Shown here: positions 48,446 through 61,716 of the stretch, piece after piece
Numbering within the stretch: position 1 is the first letter of the stretch
How the letters are laid out: every line of letters begins with the position of its first letter
Program-made: the position numbers and the translations under genes
From: Podarcis erhardii
Lineage: Eukaryota
Reading direction: 5' to 3' (one strand)
Assembly: GCA_964252035.1 (NCBI GenBank)
Contig: OZ176211.1
DNA: 64,000 nucleotides
The notes under the pieces: generated by a model
Database searches by the model: none
The model's input: only the letters and a program-made list of their open reading frames with translations
Told to the model about the DNA's origin: nothing

Positions 48446-49474
48446 CGCAAAAATGTTTGTGCGTTTTCATGAGGACTTTTATTTAAAAAACCAATTGAAA
48501 ACTTCTGTGGAAATGCAGACAACTGAACTTAAGATTAGAGGAATGAGAAACTGAGAGTTACCAACAGTGACAGATTTGGTCATCCCTAATAGTTGCTGAA
48601 TGAACACCTGCTAAGGGCTAAAGAGCTGCGTTCTCAACCGAGTCACAACAGCTGCCTTCGCCCCAGGTGCATCTAACCCCTGCCTATTTTTATGGGCATC
48701 AGCATTCCAAAGACAGGGACGGATATCTCTTCCATGATGCTGCTGTCCTTTAAAGTGCAAATTTATGGGATTGCTCACGGCACCATATACACACAAAGCA
48801 TGTGCTCTGCCACTGAATTGCTAGAGGCACGGACTCTTACATCTGGACCGCAAGGCGGCAGCGGCACTTCTGACACTTCTCATTCATTATATTTTTCACT
48901 GACTTGAACTCAGGCCTGTGGGTCTCATTGAGTCTGAGGAAGTTGTACAGGGCAGTTTTTGAAAGTGGGGAAGAGCCTCATGAAAGTCTCTTTGGTTGCC
49001 AATTTCAATCCAGCCAATTTCAATCCAGCCAGCCAGATTTGTGCACAAACATAAATCTGACAGGTGTGTTTGTTTTTGAGCCGGGTTTCACAGAGCCTGC
49101 ACCATTAACTTTCCACGATTCGATTCTCTCATATCTCTTCATTTGCGGTGACATCTGAGTCAAAATTAAGCTGCAGTCCGCCATGTGTCATTAGGTTGGT
49201 TTAGGTGACTTGTAGGAGGCGAGCAGGAAGCCAGGAATGGAGAATATAATAATATTTAATAGCCATACCTATCTGTTCATTTGGAGGAGATGTCAAAGGG
49301 ATAGCCTCAAGAGAAACAATCCATTAAGCAATTGGGAAAGGGGAGTCTGTCAGGGCAAAGGAGGAATCTCATTATGGCTACTCTTAGCTTGAGGAAGATG
49401 TGAGGAGCCTGGAATTTTGTATAACACCTAAAATGGTAGTTTTCAGACTCTGTGCTAGGGCGGGCAGCCTATGA

Positions 49475-49600
49475 TAAGGTTACCAGACATCCCCATTTCC
49501 TGGGGACTGATTTACAAATCAGACCCCTGACAAAATCCATCTATTTAGTAGGGAGTTGAAAAGTGTCCCTGGATTCATTGAAAAAAATCTGGTAACTATA
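49475..49600. mobile_element. Small hAT (Tip100-like) MITE nested in another MITE remnant
   Basis: TAAGGTTACCAGA / TCTGGTAACTATA; 8-bp TSD with one mismatch GCCTATGA/GCCTATGG. Confidence 0.75.
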
Positions 49601-49802
49601 GCCTATGGCTGTCCAGAAGATGCTGAACTACAACTCCCATCATCCTTGATTATTAGCCATGCTGACTGGGACTGAAACTTGAGGTCTAGCGTCTTCTGGA
49701 GGCCACAGGCTCCCCAACCTGTTCTAAGGAATGCTGGGGTTCCTCAGAAGCATGTATTTGGTGAAAAGATAAGAAATCGCAGACAAGCTCCTGACAGCTG
49801 TA

Positions 49803-50044
49803 CAGTGGTCCCTCGGATTAAGTACTTAATTCATTCCGGAGGTCTGTACTTAATCTGAAACTGTTCTTAACCTGAAGCACCACTTTAGCTAATGGGGATT
49901 CCTGCTGCTGCTGTGCCGCCGGAGCACAATTTCTGTTCTTATCCTGAAGCAAAGTTCTTAACCTGAAACACTATTTCTGGGTTAGCGGAGTGTGTAACCT
50001 GAAGCATATGTAACCTGAAGCGTATGTAACCTGAGGTACCACTG
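49803..50044. mobile_element. Tc1/mariner-type MITE (CAGTGGTACCTC family)
   Basis: TIRs with flanking TA. Confidence 0.92.
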
Positions 50045-52854
50045 TACTGTTAACTGCCAAAGTTCATTTATTTTTATTTATTTGTTTCATAAAATTTATG
50101 CACCACTTGATTGTAAAAAAACAACAACACTTCAAAGCAGGTTACAAAAAGATAAGACAGTAAAATCAAGAAAAAACAAAACATTACTTTAAAAGATACA
50201 AAAGTTAATATACTAAAAAAGAATAAAATTGCCTCAGCTTTCTAAGCACCTAAGGTAGGCTTGTCTAAACAAGAATGTTCTTAGCAGGCACCCAAAAGTG
50301 TAAAGTGAAGCCGCCTGGTTGAGCTCAACAGGCAGGGAGTTCCAATGTTTACACCCTGCCACACTAAACAACCGAGTTCTTACAAAGCTCTCATTTCTTG
50401 GTTCAGATTATGAATTTACTATGCAGTGGTCCTCGCATGTGTTAATAATATAACATCATTTACTCAACAAGTTTGTCTGCAATTACAAATGGAGAACAGA
50501 TGTGGTTTTAAGTCTCTTTTTCCTCCCACCCCACGCCACCTCACTACCCTGAGCTTAAAGCAAGTGAGCCCAAAAGGATTGTTTTTAAACCTCCAGGAAT
50601 CAGGGATATTGAGGCTCCGGCAGTATAATAAGGTGCAGGCAGCATTACAGGTCAGTTTGGAACTCTCAGAAATAAATCATAATTTAGTCCTGGAACTGTC
50701 CGGTGGTGCTCATAATTGCTGACCCAGTTCTGAATCTAGCTGAAGGAAGCCAAGCTCAGCACGGCTGCAAATGTAGTGCGTCCATCACCGCCAACTTTCC
50801 CATACAGTGTACAGCTACACAGGAGTGTTGTTTGCACTCCAGGGTGCACTCTGAATTCATGCAAGTCCTAAGGCAAGGCTAAGGAAACTTGGCTGTCAGT
50901 CGGCATGGATTGAGTGCCAAGCTAGACACAGTGTTAGTTTTATGAATATAATTAAATTGCCCACTTTTAAATAGCAGCATTGGGATGGAGGAGGAGGGGG
51001 AAATCAGGGCACATAAACCTTCCTTCCTCCATACTATAGTCTGATGAAAATGCCCATGCTATTCTCCCCCAAGCGAAGCTTTTGTCAGCCTCTCACCCAG
51101 ACACTGTGGTGTCGATCCTCATATTCCCCTCCCTAATGCATCACCGAGTAAGCATTGCAAGTGTGTACCTGGACTCGCCAGCACTTGTGTATGTCCATAT
51201 ATACGCTGCTGAGAGTTTTAGGATATTTTGCTGGCATTATGAGGTGTGCTTGTTATGGATGTGTGTTAACCTTATGCCCACAAGAAGTCCTCGCACAAAG
51301 GAATAAAGAAAGCTTGGTTTATTATATGAAATAAGACTGACGATATATAAATGCTGCTTCAGACCGCAACGTTACAATCTAAGCAGGTAGCAAATCCTGC
51401 ACTGCATTCACACCTTGATTAAAGAGTAAAAGATCCCCTAACTTATTCTAAAAGGCCTACAGAAATGTGAGCGTGGCAGTTTTGCCCTAAACCCACACTA
51501 CGAGTGGAAAGAGGGGCGAAGAGGAAAGTATAACTCTCCTTAAAGTGAAGCTTCAGGGATAAGTGCTGTCCTGTTGGAACTAGAAGAAGTAGCCAACTAC
51601 TGGAAAATCTGGAGTTTTAATAATGTTCTTGGCTAATGCCTCCTTAGTAGGAGGGGATTTGAGATGAGCAATTTTCTGTCTTTCCCTCAGAGTTCCTGCC
51701 CATTTCTGACCTTGCTCATCCTGGTGAGAAAAGGACAGAAAACTGGCCATCCTGTTTTGCTTAACAAAAGGGTGAGACTTTGATAGCGAGCCATTATCTG
51801 AACCCAGGCCTCATAGCAATTCTGTTGTGGGTTCTCCATCTCTCCCTTGGCTTGAACTTGTTGTCATCCCACCAGAGGTTGCCTAGCAGGACTCCCAGGG
51901 CTTCATTATTTATGCTAACCACGAAGCCATCTTTTCTCCTTATTCTAATGTCCCGTTAATGTAATAAAATATTATCAATGAAGCAGCATGTTTCATTTCA
52001 CATGAAGAGATCTAATTTACAGTGGTGCCCTACATAAGCATCAGTGATATTAGGTTACAGAATACAAGATAATCCATCATGCAGAATTTAAAAGCACAAT
52101 TCAGGGTTCATAATAAAGGACACATTTGCTGATACATACTTTAAGTAATATAACAAGGCAGTTATCATTTAAAATGACTACTTTAGAAGCCTGGGATGCA
52201 AAATTGTATCCAGCCAATATTCTATTTGGACCCATTGAAAGGCTCTTTTTAGTTCTGCAAGGCAGCTGAAATGAGCTGCAGAGATTTCTTTAAAAGTGTC
52301 TAAATTATTGCAGCTGCTTGGTTGCAAAGCCCAAGTTATAGTTCTGAAGAGAGAGAGTGTGTACATTCGCTGGGGAGAGGAGCAGGGGGCCTCTTTCAAA
52401 ATATAAATGTGCTCTAGGATGTATTTATAATGCTAGAATGACTGAGCCGTGCAAAGGAGGCCTCACAATCAGTGTTACAATGATATCTGAAAAGTAGATG
52501 GAGAATACAAGAATGAAATATCTTTTCTTCAGTGTCTGCTCCGAAAGGAGGAATTTTTGAATTAGAGTACCATAAAATTATTCCTGCCACATCTCCTTCG
52601 TATATATTGAGTTTGGCGGCTTACAATTTTCACAGAATAAGCTTGAAATCATATACAAGAGATCGTTCTAGTTTTAAAGAGGATATGAGTTACTCTCACA
52701 AACAAACACCTTTTCCACAACTCACCAACATTACAGCGTAAGCACAATTAAGGCAAGCTGTTAGAACTGGTTGGAATACTGTAGCAGACACATCCTCAGC
52801 AAGTAATGTCAGCCTTAATACATATAGGAAGAAGCCATAGCTTAGTGGCTAAAG

Positions 52855-53349
52855 CAGAGGTTTTCAGTCCTTTTGGGTCCACGGCTCCCTTGACGAACTG
52901 CATTCTTTCTGCAGCATCCCTGTGAGGCTCAGAACCCGTTGTGTCACCCCTTCTCTGCAGAGCTAGCAGCCTCTCACCCTTTTTTGAACACCCTCCCTTG
53001 TGGAGTGTTCCCTCAGCTTCCTCTCCCCTCTCCTTGGAAGTTCTCTGGGCAGCCCCTACTGCCGCCTCTGGCCTCTGAGCTGCCCCCCGCCCCGCCCCAA
53101 AGAGAGGTACCTCCTTGCACTACCCCACAGGGGCTTGAGAAGCACCCCCTGGCCACCCCCAGAGGCACCATTCACCTGGAGAGCTTGTAGCTGGGGCTGC
53201 TGCAACAAACAGCTATGTAAGCCTTTGGGAGGTTAAGACACAAGAGGGCATCAGAGGAGGGAGGGAAGGAAAGAGGGACAGAGGCCAGTGTTGCCCACCA
53301 TCACTCGTGGCACCCCAGGGTGCCACGACACAGTGGTTGAAAACCACTG
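52855..53349. mobile_element. hAT non-autonomous element (495 bp) inserted in the tRNA-like head of a SINE
   Basis: CAGAGGTTTTCAGTC / GGTTGAAAACCACTG; TSD GGCTAAAG/GGCCAAAG (7/8). Host flanks GCCATAGCTTAGTGG and CATTTCTTCTGCAGATATTAAGG. Confidence 0.8.
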
Positions 53350-54948
53350 GGCCAAAGCATTTCTTCTGCAGATATTAAGGTTTCAGTCTCAGACCCTTCA
53401 ATCTCCAGTTAAGATGTTGGGAACAGACAACAATTCTTTTAATAATTCAAAGTGGTTTCAGTAAGATTACCTTTTCCATGGCATGGACATGGACATATCT
53501 CCCTGATGCTTCCAGTCAAACAGGTATCTGAAATAATATACAAAGCAGCACCTGTTTACCAGATGCAAAAGTGGGATGAATATACAACATCTCCTTCTGC
53601 TTGCCTTCAGTTTGGGGAGTGTGAAGGGGGTCTCCAGCCTCAGGTTGTGTTGCTGGGAAATATTTCTTGCTTTATTCCAGCCCAGGCCTAGATGGTTCCA
53701 GTGGCAAGATTCTGTGTAAGTTACACCTTCAGAAAGGTCTGTGGAGTAGCTCTGATGGGACTGTACCACTTAAGGAATGTGAGAAAGGGGCTGCATATCT
53801 GAGTGACCATCTGCAACTGGACGTTTCTCATTTAGTATTCTTCCTCCTTTGCCACTCATATATGCTTTGAGAGTTTCTGGTGATGGGAAGCCTGCAACTG
53901 TGCCATTAGTACTTTCAAATATGCCGTTGGTTTTCATATGTGAAATCTATAGGGGAAACCCTGAAAAGGAAGATTGTCTAAACATTGTGCAGAACAAGAC
54001 ACAGGCTGCACCAGCTTTGCCTGATACAAATTATGGAGCATTTCACAATTATGGTGACCTTGCAGAGCCTGTTTTGAAAGACTTGAAACTAATAATTCCA
54101 CTAACCTGATTTGCTAGTTTCCAGAAGCAGAGTCAGGCATGAAGATCTCTTTTTTAAGAATAGCACATGGCCACCATAACAGGGAAATTGGACTTCTGTT
54201 TTACTTTTCCATGTATAATCTAATTTTAAATGTTCGCATATGTGTGTAGTACATATATAGAGTATCTTGCACTGCGGTCCTCAGCATGTTTTCTTGCTAG
54301 TCCCAGTGAACTGAATAGCTTTTACTCCTATGTAAGTGTTATTAGAACTGCAAACTTTGATGACTCCCTTTCATCTAGGGCAGATACCCACATACGTGAA
54401 TCTCCTTTCTGTTGCTGTGTATTAAAACTGATTTCCTTCTGGAAATCCTTCTGCCAGGCTTTGTCCTTTCATGGCATGAGCCCATTTAGAGCTTATGCAC
54501 ATGCCCATTCTTTGGCATCGTCACTGAATGTGTCTCTGTGAATATGCCATCAGCCCTCCAAATCTTCCAACGATTATATTGTGCTATATCAGGTTGCTGT
54601 ATGAGATTTAAATTTTTTTGATACAGTGGTACACATCTCTTTGCTGATATGTGTGTATGGATACACACTCCCAACACTTTGGGTTCTGGTCAACTAATTT
54701 TTACTCAGAGTAGACTCATTTAAATTAATACCCATGAGCTAGTCACATCGATTAATTTCAATGGGACTTAACACTGAATTCCTCACATGGCAACAGGGAT
54801 CCGGTAACTCCCTGGAGCTGTTTGTCACAGCAAGGACTATAATTTCTGTCATAAAGGTATCGCTTTATTTGTGTCTGTCTTGAAGATTCAGGAATTGCAA
54901 ATAAGTTCCAGCTACCTCTTCTGCAGTCTCTCCTTTAGCTTGCTTTTA

Positions 54949-55163
54949 CAGTGGTACCTCTGGTTATGAACTTAATTCGTTCTGGAGGTCCGTTCTTAAC
55001 CTGAAACCATTCTGAACCTGAGGTACCACTTTAGCTAATGGGGCCTCCCGCTGCCACCGCACGATTTCTGTTCTCATCCTGAGGTAAAGATCTTAACCCA
55101 AGGTACTACTTCTGGATTAGTGGAGTCTGTAACCCAAAGTGTTTGTAACCTGAGGTACCACTG
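54949..55163. mobile_element. Tc1/mariner-type MITE (CAGTGGTACCTC family)
   Basis: TIRs with flanking TA. Confidence 0.92.
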
Positions 55164-56403
55164 TATTTCAGTGGAGCCCTAGTGGTGATGGGAGCTGATA
55201 AAGTGACTGGGATCACAGCTCTGGGGAAGGGGCAGTAACCCTTTCTTCTCCTGCTATTTTCCTGGTCTATTAGCACCTACTGGAGACCACCACAATAGTT
55301 GGGGATGGCTAACCTTGGTCCATCCAGGTGATGCTGTGTCAGTAATTTCATTCCCCATTGCTGATGTAACATGATATCCATGTTTACATTCCTGTACGAG
55401 AATGGAAGTAAACTTCTGTAACTTCCGCTCTTTGTTCTTTCTGCTCTCACGCAGAGGAGACATGTGTGTGAAGCACTCGGCTCACACTAGCTATGCTTTG
55501 TTGTTTTAATTTACCGTAAAGAAAGAAATAAATTCGGAATGCTACATATCTGAACAGTCTGCTTCCTGCTGAAACTCTGCTGCAGCCCGGAGGGGGTTTT
55601 TCTACCTCCCCTCACAGGGGGGGCTGGCAACAAGCTGGTCTACAACTCCCATCAACCCTGAACATTGGCCATGCTGGTTGGCACGGGTGGTGGTTGGACA
55701 ATCCCTCCTCTAACGCATGTTTTAAGATGTTGCCCTGACAATGTTAACCACTGGCTTCATGGACCACATCTGTTTTTCATTAGCTGTCCTGTTTTTCCTT
55801 GCATGGGGTTGCTCCATATTCCATACTCCCAGGGATTTGATGGAGAGAGCAGTGGTACCCTTTAAACTTTATCCCAGCCATACGAGATCCTCTTATCTGT
55901 GATTAGACCTCATTCAGCCAAGGCCTGCATCTGAATGACTCATCTGTATTGGGTGATGACATGGGTTTTCACATAAAACATATCTTTCTTTAGAGGGGAA
56001 TAGAGGAAGTAATGGACTATTATTCGGCATGCATAACATAATGAGAACCAAATGCCTCTTAAAAGTTATATTGCCTGTAATTCATATAATATATTGGCCA
56101 GTTCCAAGAATTAAAGCTATTTTGGGATACGTCTGTCCCCTTTTCGATGTCAAAATGATCAAAGCAGTTAAAATGTTAGGAGCATATTTCATGAAACATC
56201 TCAAAATCTATTTGTCATGGGTACCCTGAAGAATATAAACCCATTTATGTTGATAGACATCAAAAGTTTAAATGCTTTTAAACATGTTCCAGCTACAGCT
56301 TCCCATGGCATCTTAATTGCTGCTTTATTTTCCTTATGGGTTGCCTAAAAGATGCTGGACATGTTCAGATGTTATGCAAAGCCATATTATCGCTTCCATT
56401 TTA

Positions 56404-56404
<1 letters not shown>

Positions 56405-56453
<49 letters not shown>

Positions 56454-56790
56454 TTGTTTATACCCTGCCCATCTGGCTCGGTTTCCCCAGCCACTCTGGG
56501 CAGCTTCCAACAAAAGATTAAAAATACATTAAAACATCAGTCATTTAAAACTTCCCTAAAAAGGGCTGCCTTCAGAAGTCTTCTAAACATCAGATAGTTG
56601 TTGATCTCCTTGACATCTGATGGGAGGGCGTTCCACAGGGCGGGCGCCACTACCGAGAAGACCCTCTCCCTGGTTCCCTGTAGCTTTGCTTCTCACAGTG
56701 AGGGAACTGCCAGAAGGCCCTCAGCGCTGGACCTCAGCATCCGGGCAGAACGATGGGGGTGGAGACGCTCCTTCAGGTAGACTGGGCCAT
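56405..56790 (-). mobile_element. L2 LINE 3' fragment with (TTTA)n tail
   Basis: Closely similar to 31200-31570. Confidence 0.85.
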
Positions 56791-57135
56791 AACAATTGTA
56801 ATAATTACAATTATTTTAATCTCACCCTTGATCAAAATTCCGAGTAGCATGCATGGTCTTCCCACTCTGCTTTTATCCTCACAACAACCCCGTGCAATGG
56901 GGTAGGCTGAGATATGGTGGACCCAAGGTCATCCAATGAGCTTCGTGGCTTAGGAGGATTTTGAATCCAGCTCCAGCCTTCACTCTAATCCTACACTCTG
57001 AGAAGGAATATAGGAAACTCCCTTATATATGGATAGATTGTTTGTTCACCCAGCCTCGTATTGTCCACTCTGATGGGAAGCAGCTCTCCAAGGTCTTAAG
57101 GTTAGATAGTGCTTCCCCCCCCCCCCCAGAGATGC

Positions 57136-57937
57136 TTTTTTTTTTTAAGTAAAGATTTTCTTGTTTTACAGAAGTATGTGTAATGTCTATCGTATTTTTT
57201 CCATGTAACATTTTTACAAATCAGTTTCATTTGTTGAGACATTGGGGGTGGAGGGGGGGAAGATGGGGGGGTCGGGTGGCGATGTTTCTATTTTTCTTAA
57301 TGTATGTAGGGTTTGGTGTCAGCGTTGCTCGTGCCGGTTCTCTGCTGTTCATTTGTGTTTCTTTGGTGGTGAGAGAGGTTGGGATCGGCCTAGGGTGTGG
57401 TTGTTTGTTTGTGATTGGCTGTGGTGATCTTTGTTTTCATGTGTGAGTGGGATGGGTGGGTGTTTTGGATCAGGTTAGCCATATTGATTTGTATGCTGTT
57501 GGTGGATTCTTGTCATTGTCTTATTGGGCTGTGTATGTGATAAATGGTAGCCATCTTCTTCTGTTTGTCCCCGTGTCAGTTTCAGTTTATTGGTTATTGT
57601 TTCTAGTAAGGCTGTTTCCCATACTATTTGGTACCATTGGTCCATGCTTACTCCTGACAGGTCTCTCCAGTGTCTGGTTATGGTGTTTCTGGCTGCTGAA
57701 AGTAGGTGGGTTATGAGTGTTTTGTGGTGTAAATGGGCATTGTTGTCTTGGAAGATGTTTAGTAGGGCCAGTTCTGGGGTGATGTCTAATACTTGCTTAG
57801 TTATTTTACATATTTCTCGTATGGCTGTTGTCCAGAATAGTTGGATTTTGGGGCACTCCTACCACATGTGGAGGTATGTGCCTGTGGAGGTGCACCCTCT
57901 CCAGCATTTTGGTGAGGTTCCTGGGCGTATTAGCGCT
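57136..57937 (-). mobile_element. L1-clade LINE 3' end including the ORF2 zinc-knuckle remnant
   Basis: Minus strand reads CWRGCTSTGTYLHMW*ECPKIQLFW (CCHC motif with a TGG>TAG stop); poly(A) appears as T11 at 57136-57146; 16-bp flanking duplication. Confidence 0.88.
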
Positions 57938-59059
57938 AGGTTAGATAGTGCTTTTAACAAAACTTATTTATTTATTCCAATAAATTTATATACCACTTGA
58001 TTGTAGAAAAAACTCAAAATGGTTTGCAAAAAAAGATAAATCTATTACTAAACAAAATTACAACCATAATTAAAAACATACGTAAGGTTAAAATCGTTAT
58101 ATAATAGACTAAAACAAATTAAAACTTTATAAACATCTGGGTAGACTTGTCTAAGTAAGAATGTCTCCAGCAGGCTCCGAAAGTGCTAATTGAGCTTATT
58201 AATTGGAGGTAGTTGGGATTAACTGTGGCATCTTCTGCAGGTAAAAGATGTCCTCTACTACTGAGCTACAATTCCGCCCCTCTAAACACTACATTATCCC
58301 GTTTCTCTGGTTTTATTCTGTGTGCCTCACCATACTTTTAATATCTAGGTAAGAAGATGGGGTTTGAAAGAGAGGAAAGTGGAAATTATTTAATGTATGC
58401 CGTGGCTTATTTTCTCCCATCAAGCATCAGTTGGACACAGCTCTTTTTAATGCCTTTTTTTAAAAAAAAAACTCCACAAAGATTTGAAATACGTAAAAAC
58501 AAAGTTAAAAATTCCACTTATACGTACATCCAGCACTGCTTGTGAAGTGGAGTTCTTTTGCAGCCTGAGATCCTTTCTCTTGAAGATGCTGCGGACTTAT
58601 CCTGGAAATTTCTGCATGAAAAACATACGAACTGTTGCCTTTCCCATTGCTTACTAAATGATTATCATTTCTGCTAAATCAGAGGTGCCAGACCTGAACC
58701 ACGAATTTCTGCATGCAAAGTACATTTTCTGCCACTAAGCAAAAACCCCTTCCTCAAACCACATCTCTAGCTTTGATTCATAAAAGGGTGCGTTATAATG
58801 TGGATAACACTTTGCTTCAAAGAGTTGCTCAGGGAGCAGATTTCCCTAGGGGCAGCCTTCTCCATCGCAGTGGGGCGTCCGTGATGGTGCAAGGCAGAAC
58901 TTCCTCTACTGTGGAACTCAGACAGGGCTGGGGGAGACCTCATAGCAACACAAAAAGTGGCTCCCCTTATTTCCATGAGTGTACTGTACTCGTGATCACA
59001 ATTGAGTTTTATTTGTTGGATCATAATAACCTGTTGGTTCTCTCTTATGTTTTGTGCAG

Positions 59060-59180
59060 ATATTTATCTTTGAGAACAACATCTACTACTGTGCCCATGT
59101 GGGGAAGCAGGCCATCCGCGTGGTCTCCACTGGGAAAGACAAGGTTATTTTCAATGGACTCAGCGACTGGCTGTATGAAG
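59060..59180 (+). CDS. DPP6: DPP6 internal coding exon (121 bp): [40 protein letters not shown](E)
   Basis: GTGCAG acceptor ending at 59059; GTAGGA donor at 59181. Phase 0/1. Near-identical to recalled DPP6, including the DPP4-family DWxYEE motif split by the intron. Confidence 0.97.
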
Positions 59181-61606
59181 GTAGGATGGGAAGTTTTAAA
59201 AGCACTGCCGGCCCTTGAGTGTTTGCAGTGGACCTGTCTGTTGACAGAGAGTGGGGGGTATTTAATGAATGATCCCAAGCAAAAGCTTTAGTTTTCTGTG
59301 AAAGGCAGAGTTTCCTGGACACCCTTGAATTCTACTTAGGGGCTTCATGACACATCAATCTAGAAGTATCATTCCACTCTGGTCCCTCATTACAATTCTG
59401 AATATTCTGTGCCCCTTCTGTCTGATTAGCACTGGGTACGCATGGTGTCCTTCCTTAGAGTATTTGGATCTTGTCCATAAACCTCCAGTGGCAAAGGGTT
59501 CTGCTGAGTGACACTTACTTTGATATCAAAAAGATTTTGACATTTATATTGAAAAATGTGTGAAGAATCTAATAATAAACTGACCTTTTCCTGGTAAGCT
59601 TTTGGGTACTACAGTTGGCCAGTGTGACTGATGAGGTGCTGCAAGATGTTAATTGTGAATACAGTTTTGGCAGCCACTATTTAAAAGCTAATTGCTTTTT
59701 TATTTAGATGCATGCCTCTCCCAGACACCACTCTTTCTCTCATGGGCTTTGAAGTAACACAGTGCTTCATTTGGAATGATGCAATCATTCCCTTCAAAGC
59801 CTGAAAAAATTGAGAGTAAGTGGATGAAAGGAGAAAAAGATGGCAAATACGAATATTATATTATATCCGATTTATATCCCACCCTTACTCTAAAGTGCTC
59901 ATAGAGTTATTCCACTTTCTCCTCATGGCATCACTGTTTGGTAGGTTAACCTGAGATATGATCATTGGCCTAGCATCCTGCAGTGAGCTTCGCAAATAAG
60001 CAAGGATTCCTTGCTCCATGTTCCTGCCCACTGCAGCAGGCTAGCTTTACAAACCTGTCCCTACAGTTATTTGCATCAGAAAGTTTACTTGGTGGATAAC
60101 TAAATGTCCTCTGAGACTGTATCCTGCCCCTGGAAAACTGCTGATTGAGAGAAATTATAGTGATAGCAAGCTTAGAGGGCAGAGGCTAAGAGGACAGTGT
60201 TGCTGACACCTATTTTTATTCCATTACTGGAATGCTCAAAATGTTCTTTTAACTGTCATTGACTTTCAAGCCAGTCCTTTATGAGGAATTGGCATAGTGA
60301 AGCCACATTCATCTGCTGAGATAGCAAAATGGCACTGAGATCCAATGCAGTCTCCTTCCCTAACCCACTTGCCTTCAGATGTCATTGGACTACAACTCCC
60401 ATCAGCCATGGGCAGCGATCACAGATTAACAGAGTTGTGGGCCAATGATATTTGGAGAGCACCGGGTTGGGGAAGGTTAAAATGCAGCTTGAAAATCCTG
60501 ATCTGAAGCGGGGATGTCACTAAAAGTTAGCTGTGGAAAAGGTCGCCATCCCACTTTTAATGCTGCTTAAATGAAAGTTGGAGAAACAGGTCCCTCTTCT
60601 TTTCAGATGTGATCCATGTTTAATTAAAGCAAGGCATCACTCAAGTCTTCAGGCTTACCTCTCTTCTCTTCCTTTGGAACACCTGTGACATTTAGAGTGA
60701 ATGTGGACGTATGCTTTCATTAAATGATGACTGCAGCATCAGCAGAGGTCTTGCGTTTGGGAAAAGGCCATTGCAGAGCAAGCGCTGCAGACAGTGCTTT
60801 CAGATCTCCTTGAATCACCCAAACACAAGGTCATTTCACCCTTCCAGCTATATTGCTCCCCATCCATCCAGCTTCAGGCCTGCTTTGTATATCTAGGAGA
60901 ATCCAGTCATAAAGATTTTTCACCCTGGTTTGCCCTAGGGCTGAATCGACAGGGCGAGGGGGCTTTTTAGAAAACCTTCCCCCCACACCCATACAATAAG
61001 AAGCCACCTTTCAGCAGTCTTTCAAAGCATACAAAGTGGTGAGAAAACATAGGGCCAAAAGGATAGGAAGACACAACTGTGTTGCCGAGGCAACTAGAAA
61101 ATGATCCCTACCTTCCAGTGCTGTTCTGCATGGACCGTTCAGTCATTCCTCACATCTCCAAAAGTCACAGTTCATCACCTGGTTGCCTTGGGGAAAGGTT
61201 TCTTGTCCTGTTGCACTATGCTTTTAGGAATAATGGGTTGTATTTAGCGGAGTCCTACTCACTGTTGTTGTTTTTATCATCCATCTGCCTAGGAGACAAT
61301 GAAGGAGTTCATCTTTGGGGGTGAGGTCAAATTGTTGGAAGGTTGCAGTGCCTGCTGTGGCTGTAGAGACTGATAATGGAGAGGCACCCAATGAAATTAA
61401 TGATACTAAGCTAGTCATGTTCATTCATTTCAGTGGGTCTACCCTAAGTAGGGCTGGCACTGGATGTAACCCAATGCAACTGCCTCACAGCCATGCCTCC
61501 CCATGCCTTCCTTGTCTCCACACACTGTGCTGGAAGGGTAGTTTCATTGATCCTCACAACACGTTGTGGAAAGCCGCAGAACGTTTTAGAAATGCAGGAA
61601 CACGTT

Positions 61607-61716
61607 CCCGCCCTTTGAGGGCATCTGCTTCCAGGGCCCTCAGTGATGAAGCTAGGTAACCGAATCCGATTGGCTAAATAGCATCACAACATCGTTATGC
61701 TCAACCTCCATTGGCT
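61607..61716. promoter_or_regulatory. Candidate cis-regulatory cluster: GC box plus two NF-Y-type CCAAT boxes
   Basis: CCCGCCC at 61607-61613; GATTGGCT and CATTGGCT with ATTGG at 61669 and 61710. Motif match only. Confidence 0.25.

Noticed and set aside
2785-59180. DPP10 or DPP4 identity
   Set aside because: The exon peptides, especially [21 protein letters not shown] and [18 protein letters not shown], match recalled DPP6 far better.
58713-59291. 192-aa ORF, the longest non-TE ORF
   Set aside because: It overlaps the DPP6 exon in a different frame from the DPP6 peptide and has no recognisable homology; a chance ORF.
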